A stretch of 64,000 nt of DNA from Octopus vulgaris (Eukaryota): positions 10,168,001-10,232,000 of the forward strand of contig OX597837.1 of NCBI GenBank assembly GCA_951406725.2, read 5' to 3'. Numbering within the stretch: the first letter of the stretch is position 1; each line of letters opens with the position of its first letter. The notes under the pieces were generated by a model. That model was not told where the DNA came from. It saw only the letters and a program-made list of their open reading frames with translations, and searched no databases. This document shows, piece after piece, positions 38,134 to 51,604 of this stretch. A program made the position numbers and the translations under genes.

Positions 38134-38185
<52 letters not shown>

Positions 38186-38404
38186 ATATGTTTGTGTGTC
38201 TGTGTTTGTCCACCCACCATCGCTTGACAACCGATGCTGGTGTGTTTACGGGGACGTAACTTAGCGGTTCGGCAAAATCGACCGATAGAATAAGTACTAG
38301 GCTTACAATGAATAAGTCCTGGGGTCGATTTGCTCGACTAAAGGCGGTGCTCCAGCATGGCCACAGTCAAATGACTGAAACAAGTAAAAGAGTAAAGAGT
38401 AAAG
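37792..38404 (+). mobile_element. SINE family A copy with a CACGTGAT-tailed element nested in its internal (TA)n
   Basis: Head at 37792, insertion at 38015-38135, tail to 38404. Confidence 0.8.
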
Positions 38405-38825
38405 GGTAATAAAACGTAGCGCATGTCAGGGAATCGAAACCACGATATCACGATAGTGAACCCAGCACGCTAACCAGTAGGCCACGCACGAACCACTATG
38501 AGCGGAGACGTTTGTAATAATGGAGGTCGATAGACAGCAACGCATTGAAGAAAGCATATCATTTGCGGAGGACATTTTGAATAATGAGGTTGTTGACCGA
38601 GGTGGCCATAAGTAATGGACGAAATGAGACGGTTTGATGCCTGGCGACGGTTTTGTAATAAAAAGAAAATCTTGATAACCGAGGACATTTTGAAATAACG
38701 AGGTTGTTGACTGAGAAATTGTTATAATGAGTTCGTTGTAATAAAAAAAAACAGAAAGAGGCGGTACACTTTTAACAGCATCGTGTATTAACCACACCAG
38801 CAGATAATAATAGTAATAATAACAA

Positions 38826-38871
<46 letters not shown>

Positions 38872-38966
38872 AACACATACATGTTGGTTACAAATTTTGC
38901 CACAAGGGCAGCCATTTGGGGAGAGGGAATGTATCGTTTACATCGACTTCAGTGTTCAACTGGTAC

Positions 38967-39166
38967 TCTTTTACTCTTTTACTTGTTTCAGTCATTTGAC
39001 TGCGGCCATGCTGGAGCACCGCCTTTAGTCGAGCAAATCGACCCCGGGACTTATTCTTTGTAAGCCCAGTACTTATTCTATCGGTCTCTTTTGCCGAACC
39101 GCTAAGTGACGGGGACGTAAACACACTAGCATCGGTTGTCAAGCAATGCTAGGGGGACAAACACAG

Positions 39167-39233
<67 letters not shown>

Positions 39234-39395
39234 TACGACAGGCTTCTTTCAGTTTTCGTCTACCAAATCCACTCACAAGGCATTGGTCGGCCCGGGGCTA
39301 TAGCAGAAGACACTTGCCCAAGATGCCACGCAGTGGGACTGAACCCGGAACCATGTGGTTGGTTTGCAAGCTACTTACCACACAACCACTCCTGT
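38967..39395 (-). mobile_element. SINE family A, young copy flanked by a ~95-bp direct duplication
   Basis: Flank 38872-38966 is repeated at about 39418-39512. Confidence 0.88.
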
Positions 39396-39836
39396 ATATA
39401 TATATATACATACATACACACATACATGTTGGTTTCAAATTTTGCCACAAGGGCAGCCATTTTGGGAGAGGGGATGTGTCGTTTACATCGACTTCAGTGT
39501 TCAACTGGTACTTATTTTATCTGTTTCTTTATTACCTAGAAGGACAGATAAACGGATTAAGTCGATTACATCGACCCCAGTTCGTAACTGGTACTTAATT
39601 TATCGACTTCGACAGGACGAAAGGCAAAGTCGACCTCGTCGGAATTTGAACTCAGTACGTAAAGACGAACGAAATACTGCTAAACATTTCACCAGGCGTG
39701 CTAACGATTCTGCCAGCTCGCCGCCTTAATAATAAAATAACAATAATAGTAAGGACCAATACGAAGTAGCATAGCATTACCTTTAATTTTTATATATACA
39801 CCTTTACACAGACCTACACATGTTTCAACTGCACCG

Positions 39837-39930
<94 letters not shown>

Positions 39931-40102
39931 CATATTCATTTATTTATTGCTGGTACGCATTTTATAGAGATGAGTGCATGCCTGAATCTGTGATTTAAGT
40001 AGTTCACTTTGCAACAAATGTAGTTTCAGGTTCAACCCCATTGCACGGCACCTGAGGCAAGTGCCTTTTACCGTAGCTCCGAATCGACCGCTGGTTTGTG
40101 AG

Positions 40103-40255
40103 CAGGGGCGGACTGAGCCGTCGGTCGATCTGACACTGCCCGAGAGCCCGAAACTCTGAGAGACCCGCACTCTACATGTTCTCTTTGATATCAATGCTAA
40201 GGGTCCCGGTGAACAGTAATGCGCGAGGGCTCTTAATATTCTCAGCCCGCCCCCG
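40103..40255. mobile_element. 153-bp hAT-type MITE nested in an old SINE
   Basis: TIRs CAGGGGCGGACTGAG and CTCAGCCCGCCCCCG. 8-bp TSD TTTGTGAG at 40095-40102 and 40256-40263. Confidence 0.85.
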
Positions 40256-41204
40256 TTTGTGAGTGAACTTAGTTGATGGAAACTGTACGGAAGTCCGTTA
40301 CGTGCGAAAGTGTGTGTGTATGTGTGTGTGTTTCGAATCTGAAATTTTAATCCTTGATAATAATAGCAAATAGTGATTTTAAATTTTAAAGTAATAGTGC
40401 GTAATAAGGTATTTATTTTATAGAACCCGAAAGGATAAAAAACAAAAGGCAAAGTCGACCTCGGCGGAATTTGAACTCAGACCGTAGAGACGGACGAAAT
40501 GCTGCAAGCATTTCTGCCCGGCGAGGTAACGAGTCCGCAAGCTTTCACCGCCTTATAATAATGCTAAGTCATTTCCTAGGAAGGTATTTAAATGAAATTG
40601 AAACAATGCAGCTTGTATTTCAAATTTTCCCTGAAATTAGAAAAATATTTGCGATGAATTTCCATAAAGAAAATAAGATTTATGAAAAGACTTCATTAAG
40701 TTGTATTCCAAATAAGAACCAAAATCGATCTCATAAATAATTATTATTTTAGAATTTATTCAAACACATAAAGTTGTATTTCAATTTTGTAATGCAGTAA
40801 AACAACTGTCCAGTTAATAATGAGTTAGCTATTTTTACAATTAACTAAAAAGGTTTCAAGACAAAAATACGGCTGCGGCCCAAAAGATCACGCGCGGTCG
40901 GTTGTATCGTAGATACAAAATGGTTAATTTCAGTGGATTTATAAAATGAAGACTTTTCAATGAATTCCCGAGTAAATAGTTCTTACAGCCGATTTTGGAA
41001 ATATCTGTATTGTGTCATGTTTGAATACACTTTGGTTGATTTTAGAATATTTTTGATGAATGCCCTAATGAATAATGCTTATTACTGTTATTGAAATCTT
41101 TGTATATCTATAAAAGTACAGCCAGAAATGGAAAAACAGTAGTGATCGGATTTTAGAGGATCGCTGGGGCTAGCGCCGGGCACAGGAAAACCAGAAACAG
41201 AATG

Positions 41205-41250
<46 letters not shown>

Positions 41251-41611
41251 TAAGGAATTACTTAAAACGTTTACCGGTTTCCTCTCTGTTAAGTATTCAA
41301 AATACGTTATTCAACAATCAATATGTAAATCTACAAATATTCTCATTAGATAATACAGGCGCAGCTGTGGTAAGAAGCTTGCTTCCCAACCACATGGTTC
41401 TGGGTTCAGTCCCACTGCGTGGCACGTTGGGCGAGTGTCTTCTTCTATAGCCTTGGGGCGACCAAAACCCTGTGAGGAGATTGCTAACTATAATGAATTA
41501 GCTATTTTTACAAATGAGTAATAGTTAACTATAATAACGTCAAGGAATTAATCTCTCAGACTTTGCGTCCAACACTACCATAAACACACAAATTTAATTA
41601 AAGCTTTCGTC

Positions 41612-41968
41612 GTTGTGGCACTCCGTCAGTTACGACGACGAGCGTTCCAGTTGATCCGATCAACGGAACAACCTGCTCGAGAATGTGCAAGTGGCTGAGC
41701 ACTCCACAGACACGTGTACCCTTAACGCAGTTCTCAGAGAGACTCAGCATGACACAGAGTGTGACAAGGCTGGCCCTTTTGAAATACAGGTGCAACAACA
41801 GAAACAAGAAAAAAGAGTGAGAGAAAGTTGTGATGGAAGAGTACAGCAGGGTTCACCACCACCCCTTGCCGGGTCCTCGTGGCGCTTTAGGTGTTTTCGC
41901 TCAATAAACATTCACAACGCCTGGTCTGGGAATCGAAACAGCGATCCGCGCATCCGCTGCCCTAATCA
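41612..41968 (-). mobile_element. SINE family B copy
   Basis: Reverse complement of the 16236-16585 element. Confidence 0.85.
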
Positions 41969-42644
41969 CGTATTGCTAAGTTGTATTTACTTGTTACTTA
42001 CGCCTCCCCCAATTCTCGATGAGAAAGGTTTGATTCAAATGCTTAACGAAATAAAAGGTTGATTGCTGCTTCTCTTTTTTAAAATTATTTTCGTTATCAA
42101 CCAAGGGACAACTACATACACGTTTCAGCTTATTATATTTCATCAGCACAGCATTGCCGAACCAAGTCTGCCAACAAAGTGACAAAATTTCCCACGTTAT
42201 ACAAAAGACGAATAATTTTTCGTCAATACATTCCAATGATATTTTAATTACGTTATCTTGTATTTTGTGAGGCAATTCCACACCTTAAGCCGATATGTTT
42301 TCATTATGTGAAATAATGAAAGCAAGTAAAATCAAACTGGAGCATTTGTCATGCAGGTTTATGAACTTAAGAAATCTCTCTTCCCGCATGACTAATGAAG
42401 TGTGAGGTCATGCCAATACAAGAATATACAGAAAAATGATAAAATATACCTGTTTGTCAATAATTATGACACACCTTTGCATTGGTCGTGATTAGGCAGA
42501 GAGAGTGGGAGTTAGGTAATACACATGCAAGCCTATGCATAGATATATATACGCATATAGATTCAAACGGTTATACACTTGTAAAAAAATTGTAACGCCT
42601 CGCTGCATTGGCCATTATGCCAATACACACACACTACTGCATAC

Positions 42645-43000
42645 AGATATATATATATATACATACACATATACACACACACATATATATATATACATAC
42701 ACATATACACACACACATACACATATATATACATATATATATATATACATATATATATATACACACATATATATATATATACACACACACACATATATAT
42801 ACACATATATATATACACACATATATATACATATATACATACACATATATATACACACACACACATATATATACACACACACACATATATATATACACAC
42901 ACACACATATATATATACACACACACACACATATATATACACACACACACACATACACACACACACACACATATATATATACACACACATATATATATAT
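42645..43000. repeat. (TA)/(CA) compound microsatellite
   Basis: Direct inspection. Confidence 0.95.
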
Positions 43001-43139
43001 AGAGACCAGCACGTAGCACGTTGGCGTATGTGGGTCGAACAGAAAAAGAAAACTGCAATGGAGTGCAAAAAATAAAAAAAATATAAGGAGCAGATTGGTG
43101 TGGTGGGAGTGTGTGTGGTTGCGGGAATAGCGATGATGG

Positions 43140-43186
<47 letters not shown>

Positions 43187-43296
43187 CAGTGAAAGGGAGA
43201 GAGTGATTTAATAATGCATGAAGCGAAACGACTCTAAATTGACAAAACAACAATGAAGCCAATCTTTAAAAGAAGGTTACATAAATTTTTATCTGA

Positions 43297-43342
<46 letters not shown>

Positions 43343-44109
43343 TTGCGATATTTATTGGAGCTAAAATACTTTATGGCAAAGTATGGGGTGGGGTAGGAAG
43401 AAGTCTATACGCCATAAATTATTTTAGTTTATTTGTTTTCAACGACAGAAGAAGTATTAGTTCAAAACAGCAATCTAGCTATCATACTTAAAGTCGATAC
43501 ATTGTTAATTCACCTTGCCGAACAATTCTGACACTAGTATTTTTTTTTTCCAGTCAGTTTTACTTTATTAGTAATGTCGAATTGTGTTTTCGCATGGGAT
43601 TGCCAGTAAATACTTGCTGGGGACAAAAATATGTATTTGGTAATGCCAACGGCGCTACTAGACAATTTCCGTTTGCTTCAATTAAATTTTACCTGTTGCG
43701 TAACCCTTTGAACCCTAAACACCCACAGGTATTGAATGTACCACCCTAAGCTCCCAGCGAGTTTCACCGATTTTTTATTTTATTTTAGAATATATGCTAA
43801 AAGGCATGCTTGTTTCACAACACAAGGGTACAAAATGGTGAAAAATGAAGATACGTGGAGTGCTGGTAGACCGGCATTTCAGTGATGCTTTCTCGAGACA
43901 AATACTGCAGTTTAGAAGGCTTTCAACAATATATGGTTTAAGAATGATACTTAAATTGATATTTGGGCTTATATTTATTACACTCCCTAGAAATCGCTAG
44001 TTATCGAATGCCTTATTTTCTATTGAACCACCGATATTCAGGGACTGAAGGAATAAGTTAATTGAACGCTATGCCAAACCGTGAACTACTTCGATTGAAG
44101 ACTGCTGTG

Positions 44110-44491
44110 TTTATTACCCCCGCCTTCGTTAAGGTGGGAGTATTGTTTTTCATTTGTGTTTGTTTGTTTGTCTGTCTGTGGACAAGATATCTGAAGGACC
44201 GCTGGATGGATTCAGATGAAACTTTCAGGGATGTTTGGCCTTGTGACTGGCACGAATCGATTTGATTTTGGGATCGATCCGGTACCAGACAAGGATTCCG
44301 TTTTTTTCCGTTTTTTTTTTTCTTTTTTATTTAATTTTTGAGAGCAGTCAGGTTCATTTTTAGTATTCTCGTTTGTGAGAGCAATCGAGTTTATTTCAGA
44401 TATTCTCATTTTAAAAATCATCTCCAGTTAATCGTTGAGAGGACAATGGTACTGCCTTGACGGAGGTTTGTGTTCTGTGAGTGCTCATGTT
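44110..44491 (+). mobile_element. HINE/DINE-1-like non-autonomous Helentron element
   Basis: 5' TTATTACCCCCGCC, a (TGTT/TGTC)n tract, the core GATGGATTCAGATGAAACTTT, an inverted sub-TIR CCTTGACGGAGG and a 3' stem-loop-like TGTTCTGTGAGTGC. Confidence 0.65.
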
Positions 44492-45536
44492 GAATTATTT
44501 ATTGATTGATCTTTCTTTCTAAATTAAGAAATGAGAGAAATGTTGTCGCGAGTCAATCAGAGTACAAACCCCTGGCAACATTTCCAAATATGTCTACCCC
44601 CCAATCAATGCAACGAGCTCTACATTCGGAAAATTTTATGTATTTTATAACTTTTATACTACTATCTATCTATCTCTCTATCTAAGTCAAGGAGCATGAG
44701 GAGTATATTTAACCTGTTGACATCCTTAGGGTAACGGCCGTTTCGAAGCCTTCATCGTGTGGTAATAATTTCAGTGTGGAAGAAATTAATCTCACATGTT
44801 TGCATTAATATGCATGCTCATTCACAAATGTATGCAAATAACGAAAGCTGGCTCATCAGATCACCAGAACATCATGGTTAGACCGACTGTTCAACTCTGA
44901 GAAACCTGACTATTCTGATCAACATCCTCCTTAAGAAATAACTTCACCGATCGAATCTTCTGGATTTCAGTTACATAGACACCCCATATTACACTTATCT
45001 GTATTGGATCACTATGTGGGCTGTGAGCCGAGTCCGTAAAAGGAGCTTTTCTGATACGGCCACACGATTCTCTGAATTCATATCTTATACTGTATATATA
45101 TATATGCGCACACTCATATATACACGCATGTGCACTACACATATACACGCACCTTAGAAGCGTCGGGTTTTCTGGTAGTAAGTGTTCTCCAGAATAGAGT
45201 TGTTCCAAGATTATAATGTGAATTTGTCTTGCAATGCAAACTAGAAGAGACCGGTTCATCCGTCTTGTTCGAGATATTGATCAGCAGCACCACAACTACA
45301 GCTTAGATTGCACATAAATTGCAACGATTAGTACCGCAGCCATTGTTTGACTTCCCTATTCAGAGCCCTTCAATTCTCAACCATAAAATGAACTTTGATA
45401 ATGAACTGGAGTTGTTTTTTCACCTGTACTGAGGTGTATTTTACATATCAATCCGTGGATGAATTTAGCGGTATTCGATATGTTCTTTCATCCCACACAA
45501 TCGATAGCTTCAACATCGGAGCATTTCATCGGCTAA

Positions 45537-46035
45537 CTATCAGCGGAGTCTATCATTGAGATTGTGCCACCTCCTTTCCTCAGCAGGGAAAGGAAGGCTT
45601 GTTTTTCCTACGTAGTAGCTATACTGAAAGAAACAGTATGGAAGATGCGTACGAAAGGTATAATGACAGGTACCTTTGTATCCGGCCAGGGGTTGGTTAA
45701 CTTTTTTAGTTACCACCTCGGTAGTAAGATCAGGTTGGAAAAGAGGTGTGTGTCACGAGATATGTTTATGAAAAGATGGAAGCCTGTAGCTTGCAAGCTG
45801 GGTATATTTGGCACCAGGTAAGTGTGGCCGGATCAAGAAGTAAAAGGTTCTACCCAGATGGCTGGGTTCCTTGCCCTATTATGTGATATTAAATTTGTAA
45901 ACTTTATATTGTATATACTGTACCCATTATATTGTAAATACTAAAACATTTTAAGCTACTACACCCTATATGTGTGTTTGTCCTTGTATGTCCCCTCTAT
46001 ATAACGCCTTAATGGTGAATTTTCATGAAATAAAC
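45537..46035 (+). mobile_element. 3' fragment of an L1/Tx1-like LINE (ORF2 C-terminus plus 3' UTR)
   Basis: Frame 45537-45821 reads ...FSYVVAILKETVWKMR...LVNFFSYHLGSKIRLE...FMKRW, resembling the K.(I/V)W..R ... F..RW C-terminus of Tx1/L1 ORF2. The UTR ends AAATAAAC. Confidence 0.55.
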
Positions 46036-46499
46036 TAGCATATATTACCAAACAAACAATTAGCGGGAGGTCTACATGCTTATTGCGATAACTGCATAAT
46101 ACTTGAAACTTAGAGACTTTATATCAGTTTTTGTAATGACGCGGGTATACACGTCTGGCGTGAAATGGCATTACACAAATAAATAGTTGGTTGTGGTTCT
46201 CTAAAAAATAACCTATCGCAGTGGTTGAGAATCAAATTTCTTAACACGTAGCTACGCCTGCACCTTATGTTAACACAGAACGCACTCCGTTCTACTCGAA
46301 CGTAGGCACGAGTATTTATTGTTCAACTACCGACAGTTTACCGTGTTAGTTCAACGTGAGGTGGTTTAACAAAAAACGGTCGAACTAACACCTTCAACTT
46401 CTCCCGTGACAGTTCACTCCTTATTTGTTGCAATCGGTTAGTCCATCCTCAGTCACGTTGGGGTGTTCAGGATTCTCTATAACAATTTTACGTATAAAA

Positions 46500-47450
46500 C
46501 TTAACCAAACACACGATGCTGCGTGGTGGGTTAAACCATATTATTTTCCCGTTTTATTGCTTTGGTAAACAGGAATTTTTCTATATACTTTACCTTGACG
46601 TTGAATACACTTTCACTTAATGCTTTATTAAATTGCCGGCAGCTTATATATTTGCCTGGTAATATGTAAGAAACGCATCCATAGATCTCTTTTGTGATGT
46701 GTTTATAATAACAGGGCTATTAAAATGTTTACACATACACACTCCCAATTATATTCACACACAAATAAAATATAAGTTTTTACATCTGGTTTATGATATA
46801 GGTAAAACCACCTGTAATGTTATGTGAAGAAACTTAGCTATTTTCAGGTTAGTGTTTACAGCAATTTTTAAGTTAAACTGTCTTAATATATACAACTGTT
46901 TTTCCATGTTGTTCTCTTTCATATTATGGGATACGGCAAGGCCGTCATCTCTGTATAGTCTTACATGTATTGGTGTATTTTATCTATTTCTTAATTTTAC
47001 TCTTTTTCTTATCAATAAACAATAAAAATCCTATTTCCGCCCGATCACAGTAAGCAAAAATATACCCTCAGATTTTTATTGAATTCTTCCTGTTCACTAT
47101 TATATTGACGATCGACAATGGCTGCATACATTTTCTGGGTTTTTTTTACCTGTAGAGCTTGCAGGAGTTGACCTCTACAGATCGATAGATAGGAACAACT
47201 CCACAATATCGATCTAAACGAATAAGCCATCGACCCATCTTGGATACTCTTAACCAACTTAATCAGAACGCTACAGTAATCCATATCGAATTACTAAATA
47301 GTTTCATTATTTTTGTTATTGAATCTATTGTTTTTAGTCACTAAAGTCTGTTCTGTTTCCTTGTGGTTAATTAACCTATTTTTTGATATTACATAAAACA
47401 AAGTTATTCTTGTAAACCTTAAATGTTGGATACTGCAAAAATGGTTTGTT
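46500..47450 (-). pseudogene. decayed Penelope-like element reverse transcriptase
   Basis: Motifs in the correct order across stops and frameshifts: RLIN (47377-47366), IDIVELFLSI (47213-47184, cf. FDIVEFYPSI), LYRDDGLAV (46958-46932), NLKIAVNTNLKIAKFLHITL, YHKPD, FNKALSES and KIIWFNPP (46547-46524). Confidence 0.8.
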
Positions 47451-47974
47451 CGTTCATGCAGTTCAATATCGTAGAGATCTTTTCCATTGATTCTGAAAAA
47501 GCCATCTACTTCAAGCTACACAGTTTTGTAAAATGCGGACATCGCTACGATGTTACCGACCCAACATCAATATATTTATAATTATTTCGAAGTTGGGCAT
47601 AAAGCCAGCAGCTTCGATGTAGAGTGTTTGTCCAATACATCGACAGGCGCCAGAACATCAGTACTTATTTTATCAACTCCGAAAGAATGAGAGGCAAAGT
47701 TGATCCAGGCTGGATTTGAACTTACGAAGTACATCTGGAAGAAATTCTGCTACGCCATTTGTTCGACGCGCTAAAGATTCTGTTAAACTGACCGTTTAAT
47801 AATGAACACTATGAATTCAATCAATCAACGAAATCCATTCCAAGACTTTGGGGTTATAGTAAAACTCAGGAGATGGCATCTAGAGATCGATAGGACTCCA
47901 CAATATCGATCTAAATGAATAAGTGATCGCGGTGGTTGAGAATCAAATTTCTTACCACGTAGCTACGCCTGCAC

Positions 47975-48032
<58 letters not shown>

Positions 48033-48810
48033 AAGAAGCTTGCTTCCCAACCAAATGGTTCTGGGTTCAGATTCACTGCGTGGTACCTAGGACAAGTGCC
48101 ATCTGCTAAAGCCCAGGGCCGACTAGAGCCTTGTAAATGGATTTGGTAGACGGAAACTGAAAGAAGCCTGTCGTGTATATATATATATATTTGTATGTAT
48201 ATTTATCTATTCTATGTGTCTGTGTTTGTCCACCACTACCGCTTGACAACCGGTGCTGGTGTGTTTACGCCCCCGTAAGTTTGAGGTTCGGCAAAAAAAA
48301 AAAAACTGACAAAATAAGTACCAGACACGATTTTTCGACTAAAATTCCCTTAAGACAGTACCCCAACATGGCCGCAAGTGATACACGCACACACACACGA
48401 GAGAAAGAATATACGTGTGAGGGTGGATTTGGGTGGATCTCTGTCGTTTGACGACAAGATATACTTGTTCGGTCAACTAAATCCCGGTCTTTGAATTCAC
48501 ACAAACACATTGTAAAGTGATTCGGCCGCAGAATCAACATGGCACTGGGTACAAAAAGGGTGTACCTATGAGTTCCATAGGGTGTACCTATGAGTTCGAC
48601 GGGTTTCTATACAGCTTCCGTCTCCCCAATTTTCCTCACAACGATTGGGACGGTCCGAGGCTATAAGAAGAAAAAAAGTCACCTTTCCTTTCAACATGCC
48701 GCACAGTAGGATCGAATCTGGGACCTCATGGACGCAAGACTAACTTCGAAACCATTGAGCCATGATACACGGATACATGCACACATTAAAACTTTGTACC
48801 GACACCATTT

Positions 48811-49235
48811 GGATCTCTTCGGTTTGAACGGCAGTTTTTAACATAATTTCTAGTTAACTAAACTTTTAGACATCGTATACTGGTAGAATGTGTTTATAAA
48901 ACATCTTTTTCTCTTGGCTTTATTGAGAAAATTCTATGGTTTGTAAGATATTTGTTGTTGTTTTTTCTTCAATTTCTGCAGTTTCAACCAATCACTGACG
49001 TCTATTGAGGTAAAAAACATTTTGTACCGTATGAATATGTCCCTCGTTTAAGAAACAGATTGGGTTTATTTACATTTGTGAAGAAAAGAAGATACCACTA
49101 CCCCACTCCTAACCCTAACTAAACCTAACCCTAAAAGAGATTGAAATGCAATAGATCGATACTAGGGTCATAATTATAGGTGACAATTTCATATAACACC
49201 GCTAGAAAAAACTGCCGTTCAAACCGAAAAGATCT
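48811..49235. mobile_element. MITE with GGATC TIRs and internal CCCTAA repeats (Merlin-like)
   Basis: TIRs GGATCTCTTCGGTTTGAACGGCAGTTTTT and AAAAAACTGCCGTTCAAACCGAAAAGATCT. Same family as 53654-54075. Confidence 0.85.
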
Positions 49236-50169
49236 AAACTTTGTACCGACACCGTTTTAAGTCAATGAAAATGCATCCTACCTTCAGTCCTAGGTGAGGT
49301 GTTTTGAAAAACAAAATAATTGTTTAATTAAAGATTTATTGAAATAGCTGTTAATTTTATGCTGTTTCTGAACCGGAAGAACATTTACAGGTAAATTAGT
49401 GTTTGTCTGAATATTTAATTAACACACTAATTGATGGAATATTTAATTAGAATTCTGCAATCTTTACACACTGCGTTGGGAGCAAATAGTTTTTTTTTCC
49501 TGTGAAGCTCACAAAATGAAATGTGTTTTTATTTGATTTTTTTCCCCTCTGTCTCTGTATGTGTGTGGTCTGGTGGTTAGGGTGTTGTACTGACGGTCAT
49601 ATGATCGGTGACCCTGGATCGATTCCCGGAACAGGTGCTGCAATGCCCCTCCGCCGCCATTTTTTTTTAAGCAAAACAATTGTTGCTCAGTCTGTTTGGC
49701 TATAAATGAGCTGCAGCAATTGCTGGGAAGTTATTCCTTCAAAGAAGGTGGCACATGTCTTACGTTTTCTCATCATTCCCATTTAATCCTATGAAATCAC
49801 CGACACATCGTAAGATCCGGCCCACTCGGATAACCTGGTTCCTCTGTCTATCTCTTTCACACCTACAAACATTAACCACAGCTTCGGGTCGCTGGCTGAT
49901 CTTCACAAAGTCCTTTGTGCCTGAAGCACGCCGCTAACTTTCCAAAGCCGTTCATTAAGGCACTTGCTCAAGCCTTCCACTCACAATGATTTCCCCTACC
50001 CTCGCTGGGATTCCAACGCTAGTCGCTATTTCTGTCTCTGGATATTATTACTAACAGAGTAGGTGAAAGCACATTTCGGCCACGAGATTAAACCCTGATC
50101 AGCCAAAGGGCTGAATAAAATAACAGATTAAAAAAAATTGCAAAAACAAAGTACAATAATTCTTATAGT

Positions 50170-50560
50170 CTTTTATTCCTTTTAGTCATTTGACTGCGGT
50201 CATACTGGAGCAGCACCACCTCAAGGGGTTTTAGTCAAACGAATCCTCCAATGGACTTATCCGTTGTTAAGCATAATGATTATTCTCTCGGTCTCTTGTG
50301 CCGAATCGCTAAGTTACGGGGACATAAACACAATAACATCGGTTGTCAAGCGATGGTGGGGTGACAAACAGAAACACAAGCAATTATATATATATATATA
50401 TATATATACGACGGGCTTCTCTCAGTTTCCGTCTACCAAATCCACTCACAAGGCTTTGGTCGGTCCGAAGCTATAGCAGAAGACACTTGCCCAAGGTGAC
50501 AGGCGGTGGGGACTGAACCCGGAACCATGTGGTTGGGAAGCAGCCACGCCTGCGCCTATA
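50170..50560 (-). mobile_element. SINE family A copy (older)
   Basis: Reverse-complement head ends CCACGCCTGCGCC. Confidence 0.8.
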
Positions 50561-51169
50561 CTAATATTTATTTACGTTTCTTTTCTCGGACGATTTTTTT
50601 CTTTTATCAGATATTGAAAATTTAAACTATTGTTCTAAATATTTTGAAATTAATAGAAATATTAATACTTACAATGATGGGCTGTGATTGGTTGTCTATT
50701 TTTAATTAATCTATTTTATATACGGAGCCATAGAGAGATCGATATTGATCAATATTTTACGAGTGAAATGTGATAACGGAAACTGCAAGGAAGTCCGCAA
50801 TGCGTGAATGTATGGGACTTGGGTTCGTGCGCTGCGCACAGGGGTGAACTGATGGCGAGGCCTATTTATTTATAATTTATTAAAGGCTGAACGAAAATGG
50901 AATTTCCGGAAACCTGAGTTTCACGTTACCGATTATTCGAACGACATTAGACACACACACATACACAAATAGATGGGAGGTGATCGAAAACCGGAGCAAC
51001 TAAATTACCGCATTTTCTTTCGCCCAATTGAGAGCGATCTTTACGTTTCGTACCCCCCGGAGACGATAAAATAGATCAACAGTCAAATACTAGGATTGAT
51101 AGGATCGCACAGTCCCGTCCCCTCAAATCCCCTATCCTCATGACTAAATTGGAATATGGCACTTAATGG

Positions 51170-51604
51170 TCACCATCCGAGCGTGATCGTTACCAGCGCC
51201 GCCTTACTGGCACTTGTGCCCGTGCTAGTAAGGTGCCAAGAGCACCATCCGAGCGTGATCGTTGCCAGAGCAGCCAACTGGCTTCCGTGCCAGTGGCACG
51301 TAAGAGGGCACCATTCGAGCGTGATCGTTACCAAAGTCGCCCTACTGGAACCTGTGCTGGTGGCATGTGTAAAAAGATTCGAGCGAGGTCGTTGCCAGTA
51401 CCGCCTGACTGGCTCCCGTGCCGGTGGCACGTAAAAAGCACCCACTACACTCTCGGAGTGGTTGGCGTTAGGAAGGGCATCCAGCTGTAGAAACTTCACC
51501 AAATCAAGATTGGAGCCTGGTGCAACCATCTGGTTCGCCAGCCCTCAGTCAAAATCGTCCAACTCATGCTAGCATGGAAAGCGGACGTTAAACGATGATG
51601 ATGA
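51170..51604 (+). mobile_element. RTE-tailed SINE-like family D copy with internal hairpin repeats
   Basis: Repeated (CATC/CATT)CGAGCGTGATCGTT.CCAG units, then AGGAAGGGCATCCAGCTGTAGAAA and a GGACGTTAAACGATGATGATGA tail. Confidence 0.8.

Noticed and set aside
44930-45025. Tc1/mariner transposase relic (LDHYV, cf. PLDYYVW)
   Set aside because: Too degenerate and frameshifted to support by eye.
49105-49135. CCCTAA repeats as an interstitial telomere (also about 53957-53975)
   Set aside because: They are internal to both copies of the same MITE family.
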